Below are positions 50,621 to 60,180 of a DNA stretch of 64,000 bases, piece by piece (position 1 is the stretch's first letter; each line of letters begins with the position of its first letter). Under the pieces are notes generated by a model. The model saw only the letters and a list, made by a program, of their open reading frames with translations. It searched no databases and was not told the origin of the DNA. The position numbers and the translations under genes are program-made. Source of the DNA: an uncultured Gemmatimonadales bacterium (GTDB lineage Bacteria > Gemmatimonadota > Gemmatimonadetes > Longimicrobiales > Gaopeijiaceae); assembly GCA_963823035.1 (NCBI GenBank), contig CAWGKG010000018.1:64001-128000 (forward strand). The letters run 5' to 3'.

Positions 50621-51283
50621 TCACCCCGACGGCGTCTCCGCCTCGTTCCACTCCGGGACGGCTTCGTCCGGCCCGTCACTGCCGTCACCCAATACCAACT
50701 GCTCCTCCTCGCCCGCCGTCTCGCCGGCGACCTCCTCCTCCTCCGGCCCCAGCGGGATGCGCTCGCGCAGGATGATCGGCAACTCTTCCGGGCGCGGCAG
50801 CTCCTCGAGCGACTTGAACCCGAAGTGCTCGAGGAAGCGGGTGGTGGTGCCGTACAGCACGGGCCTGCCCAGGCCCTCGCCCCTTCCCATCACCTCGATC
50901 AGCTCCCGGTCCTGGAGCGTCTTCAGGACGCCCGCGGACCCTACGCCGCGGATGTACTCCACCTCGATGCGTCCCAGGGGCTGCCGATACGCCAGGATCG
51001 CCAACGTCTCCAGCGCCGGGCCCGACAGCCGGGACGGGCGCGGCACGTTGTCGAAGCGCTCCAGGTAAGGGGCGAACTCCGGGCGCGTCAGCACCTGGTA
51101 GCCCTCGGCCAACTCGACCAGCTGGAAGGAGCGCTCCGCGTCGTCGTACTCGGCCCGGAGGAAGCGGATGGCCTCCTCGACCTGGTCCTCGTCGAGCGTC
51201 TCGTCCGCACGGGCGATCTCGTCCGCGGTGAGGGGCGCGTCCGACGCGAACAGCACGGCCTCCACGATCTGGTGGGCGTTCAC
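50621..51283 (-). CDS. scpB: SMC-Scp complex subunit ScpB
   Basis: VEAVLFAS, LSGPALETLAILAYRQP, IEYIRGV-like segment, GRPVLYGTTTRFLEHFG. Confidence 0.95.
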   Translation of the reverse strand: MNAHQIVEAVLFASDAPLTADEIARADETLDEDQVEEAIRFLRAEYDDAERSFQLVELAEGYQVLTRPEFAPYLERFDNVPRPSRLSGPALETLAILAYRQPLGRIEVEYIRGVGSAGVLKTLQDRELIEVMGRGEGLGRPVLYGTTTRFLEHFGFKSLEELPRPEELPIILRERIPLGPEEEEVAGETAGEEEQLVLGDGSDGPDEAVPEWNEAETPSG

Positions 51284-52101
51284 GGGCGTGCCGCTCCTTT
51301 CTCTTCCTGAACGGGTTCCTCGGCGGGGGTGTCGACGGATGCGTCGGGTGCCTCGTCGCCCTCCTCCCTGCGGTAGATCCAAAGGTCCGAGAACGGGCTG
51401 CTCTGGCGCAGAAAGAGGAGGCGGCGCCGGGTCAGCTCCAGCCCTGCCAGGAACGTCATCACGCCGTGGATCTTCTCCTCGAAGCCGAGCAGCAGGCGGT
51501 TGAACTCGACGCGCGTGCTGTCGCGCAGCGCGTCCAGGATGAGCACGATCTTGTCCTCCATGGCCACGGTCCGGGGCGTCACCCGATGCTGTCGGTGTCC
51601 CGGCTCGGGCATCTGGACCGCGAGGGCGGCGGCGAAGACCTCCTCCCAGGTGGTCTCGAGCGGGGTCTCCGCTACGGGCCGCCGGGGCCGCGGCGGGTTG
51701 AAGCCCTTGCCGAAGCGCCGCGCGCGGTCGGCCTCGGAGGCGGACAGGCGCGAGGAGATCTCCCGGATCTGCTCGTACTCGAGGAGCCGGCGCACCAGCT
51801 CGGCACGTGGGTCCTCGTCCTCCTCCTCCTGGGTGCGCGGCAGCAGCATCTGCGCCTTGATGCGCACCAGCATGGCGGCCATCTCGAGGAACTCGCCCGC
51901 TCCGTCCAGGTCGTGCGCCTGGATGCCCCGGATCGCCCGGAGGAACTGGTCGGTGATCTTCGAGATCGGGATGTCGAAGACGTCGATGTCCTGCGTGCGG
52001 ATCAGATGCAGCAGGAGGTCGAGGGGTCCCTGGAAGCGATCGATCTCGACGAGGAGGAAGCCCTCGCGCTGCCCCGACCGGTCGGTGACGGTCAGATCCA
52101 C
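51280..52101 (-). CDS. scpA: Segregation/condensation protein ScpA
   Basis: FQGPLDLLLHLI, IPISKITDQF, EDPRAELVRRLLEY, TFLAGLEL. Confidence 0.93.
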   Translation of the reverse strand: MDLTVTDRSGQREGFLLVEIDRFQGPLDLLLHLIRTQDIDVFDIPISKITDQFLRAIRGIQAHDLDGAGEFLEMAAMLVRIKAQMLLPRTQEEEDEDPRAELVRRLLEYEQIREISSRLSASEADRARRFGKGFNPPRPRRPVAETPLETTWEEVFAAALAVQMPEPGHRQHRVTPRTVAMEDKIVLILDALRDSTRVEFNRLLLGFEEKIHGVMTFLAGLELTRRRLLFLRQSSPFSDLWIYRREEGDEAPDASVDTPAEEPVQEEKGAARP

Positions 52102-52745
52102 AGGCGGATGAACGCGTCGGCGAGGCCCATGAGCCAGGTCACCGGCCAGAGGATGAAGCGGAAGGCGCCCGGAACGAAGAAGAAGAGCGCCATCACGACC
52201 AGGAGGCCGTAGCGCCCGGCCCTCCGGTACTCCAGTGCCAACGGGCGGGGGAGGAAGTGGAAGAGGACGTGCGAGCCGTCGAGCGGGGGGATCGGGATCA
52301 GGTTGAAGAAGGCGAGGATCAGGTTGATGAAGATCCCGTACGTCACCATCTGCATGAGCGCGTCCGTCACCGCTCCGGGACCACCCACCACGCTCCCCAC
52401 CTTGAGGAAGACGGCGCCGAGAAGCGTGGCCAGCACGGCCAGCCCCAGGTTGGAGACGATCCCGGCGAGCGAGACCCGGATGTCGCCCCACTTGGGGTCG
52501 CGGTAGTTGGCCGGGTTGACCGGCACGGGCTTCGCCCACCCGAACATGAACCCGCTGTGCGTGAAGTAGAGCAGCATCGGCACCAGGATCGAGCCGATGA
52601 AGTCGAGATGGGGCACCGGGTTGAGCGTGATGCGCCCCAGGCGGTCGGCGGTGTCGTCCCCCTCGCGTCGCGCCTGCCAGGCGTGTGCGACCTCGTGCAC
52701 GACGACCGAGAAGATCAGCACGACGATGATGAGGATGGCGTCCAC
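52092..52745 (-). CDS. Site-2 protease family (M50) protein
   Basis: HEVAH zinc motif, GRITLNP, GWAKPVPVN, FNLIPIPPLDG. Confidence 0.93.
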   Translation of the reverse strand: MDAILIIVVLIFSVVVHEVAHAWQARREGDDTADRLGRITLNPVPHLDFIGSILVPMLLYFTHSGFMFGWAKPVPVNPANYRDPKWGDIRVSLAGIVSNLGLAVLATLLGAVFLKVGSVVGGPGAVTDALMQMVTYGIFINLILAFFNLIPIPPLDGSHVLFHFLPRPLALEYRRAGRYGLLVVMALFFFVPGAFRFILWPVTWLMGLADAFIRLWI

Positions 52746-52891
52746 GGGGCTCCTGGATGGAGAGGCTCTCGCGGCGAAACCTACCTTGCCGGGGGTGGAG
52801 GGGTCCAGCCTTGACGGGACTGTGGGCCGCGTCCGCCCGGTGCGTCGATCGGTTACCTTACCGCAACGACCACCGAAACCGAGATCCGGAC

Positions 52892-53950
52892 ATGCGACCC
52901 GCGTCGCTCCTCATCGCCCTCCCGATCGCCCTCGCGACGGTGACCTTGCAGGCCTGTTCGCCGCCGTCCGACCGCGCCCCCGACCCCGACGACCTTGCCC
53001 TCCGGGGCACGAAGCCCTACGAGCCGCTCCCCAAGGTGTCCTTCACCCTGACCGACACCGAGGGGCAGCCGTACGACTTCCGCGCCCGTACGGACGGGCA
53101 CATCACCCTCCTCTTCTTCGGCTACACATACTGCCCCGACGTCTGCCCGGTGCACATGGCCACCCTGGCCTCGGCCATGCGGGAGCTCGATCCGGCGGTG
53201 CGCCACGGCATCCGCGTCGTCTTCGTGTCCGTGGACCCGGAGCGCGACACGCGGGAGCGGCTCCGGAAGTGGCTCTCGTCGTTCGACACGTCGTTCGTGG
53301 GGCTTCGGGGCACCGAGGCGGAGGTGGCGGAGGCCCTCGCGTTCTACCGCTATCCGCCTCCGGAGAAGAGCGGCGAGGAGGAGGGCTACACGGTCGGCCA
53401 TCCGGCCTTCGTCTACGCCTTCACGCCGGACAACCGGGGGCGGGCGCTGTACGGGGTGGAGACCACCCGCGCCATCTGGATCCACGACCTGAACGTCATG
53501 GCTGACCACGCCTGGCACGACCCGGTGAGCGTGGCGGCCGACAGCGGCGCGGCGCGCCCGCTCGGCACCGCCGGGCACGTGCGCATCCTCGACGCCTACG
53601 TCCCGCGCCCCGCGGCCGGCGACGTCACCGCCGTCTACCTGACGCTGCGCAACGACGGCACCGAGCCCGACACCCTCGTGGCCGTCGCCTCGGACGCCTC
53701 GGCGCGCGGGAGCCTGCACGACATGGAGCAGGTGGACGGCCAGATGCGGATGGTCCCCATGAAGGGCGGTCTGGTGATTCAGCCCGGGGCGACCGTGACC
53801 CTTGCCCCGGGTGGGCGCCACGGGATGCTCGAGGGATTGAGCCGGGAGCTGGAGCCCGGGACCACGTTGAACGTGATCCTCCGCTTCGCCCGCGGTGGCA
53901 CCCTGGCCGTTCCGGCTCGCGTGGTGCGCTACGAGGACATCGTGCGGTGA
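52892..53950 (+). CDS. SCO1/SenC - PCu(A)C copper chaperone fusion lipoprotein
   Basis: Lipobox LQAC; FGYTYCPDVCP, VSVDPERD, YTVGH; then AVYLTLRN..LHDM..MRM..LAPGGRHGML. Confidence 0.9.
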   Translation: MRPASLLIALPIALATVTLQACSPPSDRAPDPDDLALRGTKPYEPLPKVSFTLTDTEGQPYDFRARTDGHITLLFFGYTYCPDVCPVHMATLASAMRELDPAVRHGIRVVFVSVDPERDTRERLRKWLSSFDTSFVGLRGTEAEVAEALAFYRYPPPEKSGEEEGYTVGHPAFVYAFTPDNRGRALYGVETTRAIWIHDLNVMADHAWHDPVSVAADSGAARPLGTAGHVRILDAYVPRPAAGDVTAVYLTLRNDGTEPDTLVAVASDASARGSLHDMEQVDGQMRMVPMKGGLVIQPGATVTLAPGGRHGMLEGLSRELEPGTTLNVILRFARGGTLAVPARVVRYEDIVR

Positions 53951-53965
53951 CGAACGGCCACCCTA

Positions 53966-53994
53966 TTGATCCGGAGCGCAGGGCTTTCTAGGTT
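53966..53994 (+). promoter_or_regulatory. Sigma70 promoter of rpsT
   Basis: TTGATC-17-TAGGTT. Confidence 0.6.
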
Positions 53995-54042
53995 TGTTGG
54001 CTCGATACATCGGTAACTGGCCCCAGCGCGCCCGAGACACGA

Positions 54043-54300
54043 ATGCCGAACATCAAGAGCGCCAAGAAGCGCATGGAGTCGAGCCGCACGGCTCGGTCTA
54101 AGAACCGGGCGGAGCGCTCGCGCATCCGCACCGCCATCAAGCGCGTGCGCGCCGCAACCGAGGCCGAGGACGCCCAGGCTCGCCTGGTCGCAGCCCAGGC
54201 CGTGCTGGATCGCGCCGCGAATCGCCGCCTGATCCACCCCAACGCGGTGGCCCGGTTGAAGGGACAGCTCCAGCGCCACGTGAACGCGCTCCAGGGCTAG
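54043..54300 (+). CDS. rpsT: 30S ribosomal protein S20
   Basis: MPNIKSAKKR..RTAIK..LIHPNAVAR. Confidence 0.97.
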   Translation: MPNIKSAKKRMESSRTARSKNRAERSRIRTAIKRVRAATEAEDAQARLVAAQAVLDRAANRRLIHPNAVARLKGQLQRHVNALQG

Positions 54301-54322
54301 AGCAAGCGGCCCTCCCGCCGCG

Positions 54323-54362
54323 AGGACCCGGCCGGCATCCGCCCGCCGGGTCCTTTTTCTTT
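54323..54362 (+). terminator. Intrinsic terminator after rpsT
   Basis: aggacccggc / gccgggtcct stem followed by ttttcttt. Confidence 0.85.
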
Positions 54363-54393
54363 CCCTCCTGCCCCGGCTCGCCTCCGGCGTCGC

Positions 54394-55677
54394 TCAGCCG
54401 TCGAAGACGACCCTTCCGCCCACGATCGTGTGCCGGGGCCGCCCCGAGAGCGTCCAACCCGCGAAGGGCGTGTTCCTGCTCTTCGACAGGAAGCGCGTCG
54501 GGTCGACGGTCCACTCGGCCGCCGGATCGAAGACGGTCACGTCGGCGACCGACCCCTCGGCCAGCGTTCCGCCGTCCAGCCCGAACGCCCGTGCCGGCTG
54601 GCAGCTCATCCGCTCGACCATGGTGGGCAGGTCGATGACGCCCTTCCCCACCACGTGCGTCAGGATCAGCCCGAGCGCGGTCTCCAATCCGACGATCCCG
54701 TTGGGCGCGTCCGTGAAGGCCGCCTCCTTCTCGTCGTAGTGGTGCGGCGCGTGGTCGGTGGCGATCACGTCGAGCGTCCCGTCCGCGAGCCCGGCACGCA
54801 CGGCCTCCACGTCGTCCAGCGTACGCAGCGGCGGGTTCATCTTCGCCTCGGTCCGGTAGCCCTCCACCGCGCTTTCGTCGAGGATCAGGTGGTGCGGGCT
54901 GGCCTCCGCGGTCACACGCACCCCGCGGGCCTTCGCCTGGCGGATGCTCTCCACGCCGAAGCGGGTGGACACGTGCTGCAGATGGATGCGGCCGCCCGTG
55001 AGCTCCGCCAGGAGCAGGTCGCGCACGATGTGGATGTCCTCGGCCGCGTTGGGCTTGCCGGGGAGACCCAGGCGGGTCGCCACCAGGCCGGCGTTCATGT
55101 GGCCACGGGCCGACAGCGTGAGGTCCTCGGGGTGGTCGGCCACCGGGATGTCGAACGCCTGCGCGTAGAGCAGCGCGAGGCGCATGAGGCCCGAGTCCAT
55201 GACCGGGCTGCCGTCGTCGGTGATCGCGACCGCTCCGGCCTCCACCATCTCGCCGATGAGCGCGAGCCGCTCGCCCTTCCGCCCGGCCGAGATGCACCCG
55301 ACCGGGTAGACGCGGGCGGCCCCGGCCCGACGCCCCTCCGCGAGGACGAAGCCCACCGTGGCGGGGTCGTCGATCGGCGGGTCGGTGTTCGGCATCGCAC
55401 ACACGGTCGTGAAGCCACCGGCGGCCGCTGCGCGCGCGCCCGAGGCGATCGTCTCCTTGTGCTCGCCCCCCGGCTCCCGCAGGTGGACGTGCACGTCGAT
55501 GAGGCCCGGCGTCACCACGAGGCCCGCGCAGTCGATCACGCGCGTGTCCGGAGAGACGTCGACCGTCTCCCCCACCGCCGCGACGCGTCCGGCCTGGAGG
55601 AGGACGTCGCGCACGGCGTCCAGCTTCTGCGACGGGTCGACGACCCGACCGCCCCGGAGGAGGATGCGCGCGCTCAT
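54394..55677 (-). CDS. pyrC: Dihydroorotase
   Basis: [40 protein letters not shown]. Confidence 0.95.
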   Translation of the reverse strand: MSARILLRGGRVVDPSQKLDAVRDVLLQAGRVAAVGETVDVSPDTRVIDCAGLVVTPGLIDVHVHLREPGGEHKETIASGARAAAAGGFTTVCAMPNTDPPIDDPATVGFVLAEGRRAGAARVYPVGCISAGRKGERLALIGEMVEAGAVAITDDGSPVMDSGLMRLALLYAQAFDIPVADHPEDLTLSARGHMNAGLVATRLGLPGKPNAAEDIHIVRDLLLAELTGGRIHLQHVSTRFGVESIRQAKARGVRVTAEASPHHLILDESAVEGYRTEAKMNPPLRTLDDVEAVRAGLADGTLDVIATDHAPHHYDEKEAAFTDAPNGIVGLETALGLILTHVVGKGVIDLPTMVERMSCQPARAFGLDGGTLAEGSVADVTVFDPAAEWTVDPTRFLSKSRNTPFAGWTLSGRPRHTIVGGRVVFDG

Positions 55678-56645
55678 CCCTCTCCTCCCTGCTTCGCCGC
55701 TTCCGCCTTCTCGGGTTGTCCGCCCGCGAGGAGGTAGAGCACGGCCATGCGCACGGCCACGCCGTTCGTGACCTGGTTGAGGATCACGGAGTGCGGTCCG
55801 TCCGCCACGTCGGAGTCGATCTCCACGCCGCGGTTCATCGGTCCCGGGTGAAGGATCAGCAGGTCGCGGGGCGCAGCTTCCAGGCGCGCGTTGCTCACCC
55901 CCCAGATGCGGTTGTACTCCCGCAGCGAGGGAACGTAGCCAGCCTCCATCCGCTCGAGCTGCAGCCGGAGCACATTGAGCGCGTCCGCCCACTGGATCGC
56001 GTCCTCGACGCGCGTGAAGGTCTCCACGCCCAGCTCACGGAAACCTCTCGGCACCAGGGTCGGCGGTCCGCACAGCGCCACCTCCGCGCCGAGCTTCAGC
56101 AGCCCGTGGATGTTCGAGCGCGCGACCCGGGAGTGCAGGACGTCGCCCACGATGCAAACCTTCAGCCCCTCGATCCGCCCGAGGTGGTCACGGATCGTCA
56201 GCATGTCGAGCAGCCCCTGCGTAGGGTGCTCGTGCGCCCCGTCACCCGCGTTCACGACGTTGGAGGGGATCCGGTCGGCCAGGAAGCGGGCCGCTCCCGA
56301 GGCACCGTGCCGAATCACGACCATGTCGATGCGCATCGCCTCGAGGTTCCGCGCGGTGTCGACCAGCGTCTCCCCCTTCGCCACGGACGAGCCGGCCGCG
56401 GCGATGTTCACGGTATCCGCGGACAGGCGCTTCTCCGCGAACTCGAAGGAGACCCGGGTACGGGTCGAGGCCTCGAAGAAGAGGTTGACGATCGTCTTGC
56501 CCCGCAGCACCGGCACCTTCTTGATACGCCGTTCGGAGATCTCCTTGAACGGCTCCGCGGTGTCGAGGATGGCGAGGATCTGCTGCCGGGAGAGGGGTTC
56601 GAGGCCGACGAGGTCTTTGCCGAGGGCAGACGTCGCCTGGTTCAC
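55674..56645 (-). CDS. pyrB: Aspartate carbamoyltransferase catalytic subunit
   Basis: [38 protein letters not shown]. Confidence 0.97.
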   Translation of the reverse strand: MNQATSALGKDLVGLEPLSRQQILAILDTAEPFKEISERRIKKVPVLRGKTIVNLFFEASTRTRVSFEFAEKRLSADTVNIAAAGSSVAKGETLVDTARNLEAMRIDMVVIRHGASGAARFLADRIPSNVVNAGDGAHEHPTQGLLDMLTIRDHLGRIEGLKVCIVGDVLHSRVARSNIHGLLKLGAEVALCGPPTLVPRGFRELGVETFTRVEDAIQWADALNVLRLQLERMEAGYVPSLREYNRIWGVSNARLEAAPRDLLILHPGPMNRGVEIDSDVADGPHSVILNQVTNGVAVRMAVLYLLAGGQPEKAEAAKQGGEG

Positions 56646-56651
56646 GGGCTG

Positions 56652-57209
56652 CTACGCCTCCGGATGGGTATGGACGATGTCCACGCCGAGGCGCCCGTCG
56701 AGCTCGGGCACGAGCACCTCGACGCTCTGATGCTCCTCCAGCACCTCCACGTGCCGACCCACGATGTCCGGCTGGATCGGCAGCTCGCGTCCGCCCCGGT
56801 CCACCAGCACGCACAGGAGGATGCGGCTCGGTCGGCCCCAGTCCATCAGCTCGTTGAGCGCCGCGCGCGCCGTGCGCCCGGTGAACTGGACGTCGTCCAC
56901 GAGAACGATGGCCTGGTCGTCGATGCCGTTCGGAGGCAGCTCCGAGGCACCGATGATCGGGCGCGGCCCGATGGCCTCGAGGTCGTCGCGGTAGAGCGAG
57001 ATGTCGATCGACCCGGTGGGAACCGACACGCCCTCCGCTCCCTCGATCTCGTCACGCAGCAGCCCCGCGATCTGGACGCCTCGGCGGTGGATCCCCATGA
57101 GCGCGAGGTGGTCCGTGCCCCCGAGCCGCTCGACGATCTCGCGTGCCATGCGGGCGACGACCCGGCGCACGGCGGCTTCGTCCATGAGGGGGATTCGTTC
57201 GGCGCTCAT
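56652..57209 (-). CDS. pyrR: Pyrimidine operon regulator / UPRTase PyrR
   Basis: RMAREIVE, GIHRRG, DISLYRDD, LVDDVQFTGRT, DRGGRELPIQPD. Confidence 0.95.
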   Translation of the reverse strand: MSAERIPLMDEAAVRRVVARMAREIVERLGGTDHLALMGIHRRGVQIAGLLRDEIEGAEGVSVPTGSIDISLYRDDLEAIGPRPIIGASELPPNGIDDQAIVLVDDVQFTGRTARAALNELMDWGRPSRILLCVLVDRGGRELPIQPDIVGRHVEVLEEHQSVEVLVPELDGRLGVDIVHTHPEA

Positions 57210-57245
57210 GCGGGGCTGGCGGGGGAAGACGCGTCCGGCGGCCCG

Positions 57246-57274
57246 AACGTAGCGGCGCCCCCGAGCGCGGTCAA
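57246..57274 (-). promoter_or_regulatory. Sigma70 promoter of pyrRBC
   Basis: Minus strand TTGACC-17-TACGTT. Confidence 0.6.
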
Positions 57275-57365
57275 CGACCTTCGAGAGGGTTGTCACGGAT
57301 GCGCGCCGCGCCCCATCATGAGCGGTCTTTCCCACACTTCAGGCCCCCTCAGGAGCCCTGCCCCG

Positions 57366-59300
57366 ATGCGCGTTCGCCGCCTCGCGACCCCCCTCCTCGC
57401 GCTCCTGGCCCTCCCCTTGGGAGCCCACGCGCAGGAGCTGCAGAAGGCCCCGAAGGTCGTACTCGACGGGGTCCCCTTCCAGCTTTCGGTGAGCGCACGG
57501 CTGGAGCCGATCCGCATCGAGGTGCACGACGCGCGCGGAGCCCTGCTGGGCAGCGCCACGGCGGAGCCGCTGGGCACGGCGGCCGCGAACGACCTCCGGG
57601 TGACCGAGCGCGCGCAGCTTCCCCTCGTGGTGCGCGTCGTGGGCGGGCCGACCTTCACGGTGGCCCCGACGTTCACGCCCGGTTGGTTCTCCCTGGTGCC
57701 GCCCTTCCTCGCGATCGTGCTCGCCCTGGTCTTCCGCGAGGTGGTGACCGCACTCTTCGCCGGCGTGTGGCTGGGTGCGCTCGCGGTTGCGGGCTTCAAC
57801 CCGATCACCGGGACATGGCGGCTCATCGACACCTTCGTCGTCCCGGCGCTCGGCGACACCGCGGGAGGTCACACGCAGGTCGTGGTCTTCTCCCTCCTGC
57901 TCGGAGGGATGGTCGGGATCATCGCGCGCAACGGCGGCACCATGGGCATCGTGGAGGCGGTCGCGCCCTTCGCCAGCTCCGCGCGGCGTGGGAAGTTCGC
58001 GACCTGGGCGGCGGGGATGGCGATCTTCTTCGACGATTACGCCAACACGCTCATCGTCGGCAACACGATGCGCCCCATCACCGACCGACTGAAGGTCTCG
58101 CGCGAGAAGCTGGCCTATCTCGTCGACTCGACCGCGGCGCCCGTCGCCGCGCTCATCCCCATCTCGACCTGGGTGGGCTACGAGATCAGCCTCATCGCGG
58201 ACGGGCTGCGCATCGCGGCCGAGCAGAGCCCGCAGCATGCCGCCGCGCTCGCGGCATCCAGCCCGTTCGCGATCTTCGTCGAGACGATCCCGTACCGCTT
58301 CTACCCCCTGCTCGCGCTGTTCTTCGCGCTTCTGACGTCGGTCATGGACCGCGACCTGGGACCCATGGCGACCGCCGAGCACCGGGCCGCGACGGGCGGG
58401 GGCTTGTACCGCCCCGGGGCGCAGCTGGCCACGGACACGTCCACACACATCATGGACCCGAAGGAGGGCGCGCGGCACCGCTGGTGGAACGCGGCCCTGC
58501 CCGTCCTGACCGTCATCTTCGTCGTGCTCGTGGGTCTCTACACCACGGGTCGGGCGGCCGCGGGGCCGGACGCCGTCCTGCGCGACGTCTTCGGGGCCGC
58601 GGACCCGTTCGCCACCCTGCTGTGGGGGTCGCTGGCCGGGTGCCTCATCGCGATCCTCATCTCGGTGGGACAGCGCATCTTGAGCGTCACGGAGTGCATC
58701 GACGCCTGGCTCGGGGGGATGCGCGCCATGATCATCGCCATGGTCATCCTCGTGCTCGCGTGGTCGCTCGGCTCCGTGACCCAGGAGATCGGCACGGCCC
58801 AGTACCTCACGCAGGTGCTCTCCGATCACGTGGCGCTCCGGCTCCTTCCCGTGCTCGTCTTCCTGACGTCCGCCGCGATGTCGTTCGCCACGGGCACCTC
58901 GTGGGGGACGATGGCCATCCTGCTCCCTCTGGTGATCCCCCTCACCGTGGCGCTCGGCGGGGACGCCGGCTTCGAGGGCGGAGCCCACTACACCGTCCTC
59001 CTCGGGGTCATCAGCTCCGTCCTGGCCGGCTCGATCTTCGGTGACCACTGCTCTCCGATCTCCGACACCACCGTGCTGTCCTCCACGGCGTCGGGGTGCG
59101 ACCACGTGGATCACGTGCGCACGCAGCTCCCCTACGCCCTGCTGGTGGGGGTGGTGGGGATGCTCGTGGGCGACATACCGACGGCCTACGGGCTGCCGAA
59201 CTGGGTGTCCCTCGTGCTCGGGTGCGTCGCGCTCTGGCTCATCCTGCGGATCTTCGGCAGGAAGGTGCAGGACGGGGACCCCGCCCCGATCCGACCGTGA
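57366..59300 (+). CDS. Na+/H+ antiporter NhaC family protein with N-terminal exported domain
   Basis: IFFDDYAN, REKLAYLVDSTAAP, FATGTSWGTM, GDHCSPISDTT, HVRTQLPYA. Confidence 0.92.
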   Translation: MRVRRLATPLLALLALPLGAHAQELQKAPKVVLDGVPFQLSVSARLEPIRIEVHDARGALLGSATAEPLGTAAANDLRVTERAQLPLVVRVVGGPTFTVAPTFTPGWFSLVPPFLAIVLALVFREVVTALFAGVWLGALAVAGFNPITGTWRLIDTFVVPALGDTAGGHTQVVVFSLLLGGMVGIIARNGGTMGIVEAVAPFASSARRGKFATWAAGMAIFFDDYANTLIVGNTMRPITDRLKVSREKLAYLVDSTAAPVAALIPISTWVGYEISLIADGLRIAAEQSPQHAAALAASSPFAIFVETIPYRFYPLLALFFALLTSVMDRDLGPMATAEHRAATGGGLYRPGAQLATDTSTHIMDPKEGARHRWWNAALPVLTVIFVVLVGLYTTGRAAAGPDAVLRDVFGAADPFATLLWGSLAGCLIAILISVGQRILSVTECIDAWLGGMRAMIIAMVILVLAWSLGSVTQEIGTAQYLTQVLSDHVALRLLPVLVFLTSAAMSFATGTSWGTMAILLPLVIPLTVALGGDAGFEGGAHYTVLLGVISSVLAGSIFGDHCSPISDTTVLSSTASGCDHVDHVRTQLPYALLVGVVGMLVGDIPTAYGLPNWVSLVLGCVALWLILRIFGRKVQDGDPAPIRP

Positions 59301-60163
59301 TCTCCGCGCTGAAAGCCCTCCACCGCCGGCTGGAACGCGCGCCCGCCGCGCTCCCCGGCTCCTTCGCCGCCGTGCTGATCGCGACGGTCGGAGCGGTCGA
59401 CCTGCTGACCGGACGGGAGCTGTCGGCGTCGGTCTTCTACGTGCTTCCCGTGGGCCTCGCCGCCTGGTACGCGGGGGCGGCGTGGGGCCTCGGTACGTGC
59501 CTCCTCGCCGCGGTCACCTGGTACGGCGCGGACGCGGCCGCGGGCGCGGGCGCCACCTACTCGGCGGCGTGGATCCCGTTCTGGAACGCCGGCGTGCGCC
59601 TCGCCTTCTTCGTCATCATCGCCGACCTGACCCGCCGCCTGCACGAGGCGCTCGACGCGCAGCGTTGGGCCGCGGAGACCGACGAGCTGACCGGCCTGGT
59701 CAACGCGCGCCGCTTCCAGTCGGCACTCGACGCGGAGGTCCGGCGCGCGCTCCGCTACGGGCGCCCGATCACCCTGGCCTACGTGGACCTGGACGGCTTC
59801 AAGGGCGTCAACGATCGGTGGGGCCACGCGGCCGGGGACCGGGTGCTCGCGCGCGTCGGCGGCCTGCTGCGCTCGCACCTGCGGATGTCGGACCTGGCGG
59901 GTCGGCTCGGGGGCGACGAGTTCGCCATCCTCCTCCCCGAGACCGACGGCGACCAGGCGCGCGACGCCCTCGGCAACCTGCGCACCTTTCTCGAGCGGGC
60001 CATGCGCGAGGGCTCGTGGCCGGTAGGCTTCAGTATCGGTGTGGTCAGCTCGAGCGGGGAGATCCCGACCGCACAGGAGCTCCTGAGCACTGCGGACGGC
60101 CTCATGTACGAGGTGAAGCATGCCGGGAAGGGCGCCACGCGGTTCCTGGCCGCCGGATCCTGA
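59297..60163 (+). CDS. Membrane diguanylate cyclase
   Basis: N-terminal TM helices; TDELTGL, DLDGFKGVNDRWGH, RMSD I-site, GGDEF. Confidence 0.92.
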   Translation: MISALKALHRRLERAPAALPGSFAAVLIATVGAVDLLTGRELSASVFYVLPVGLAAWYAGAAWGLGTCLLAAVTWYGADAAAGAGATYSAAWIPFWNAGVRLAFFVIIADLTRRLHEALDAQRWAAETDELTGLVNARRFQSALDAEVRRALRYGRPITLAYVDLDGFKGVNDRWGHAAGDRVLARVGGLLRSHLRMSDLAGRLGGDEFAILLPETDGDQARDALGNLRTFLERAMREGSWPVGFSIGVVSSSGEIPTAQELLSTADGLMYEVKHAGKGATRFLAAGS

Positions 60164-60180
60164 CGCCGTTCGGCTTCGCC

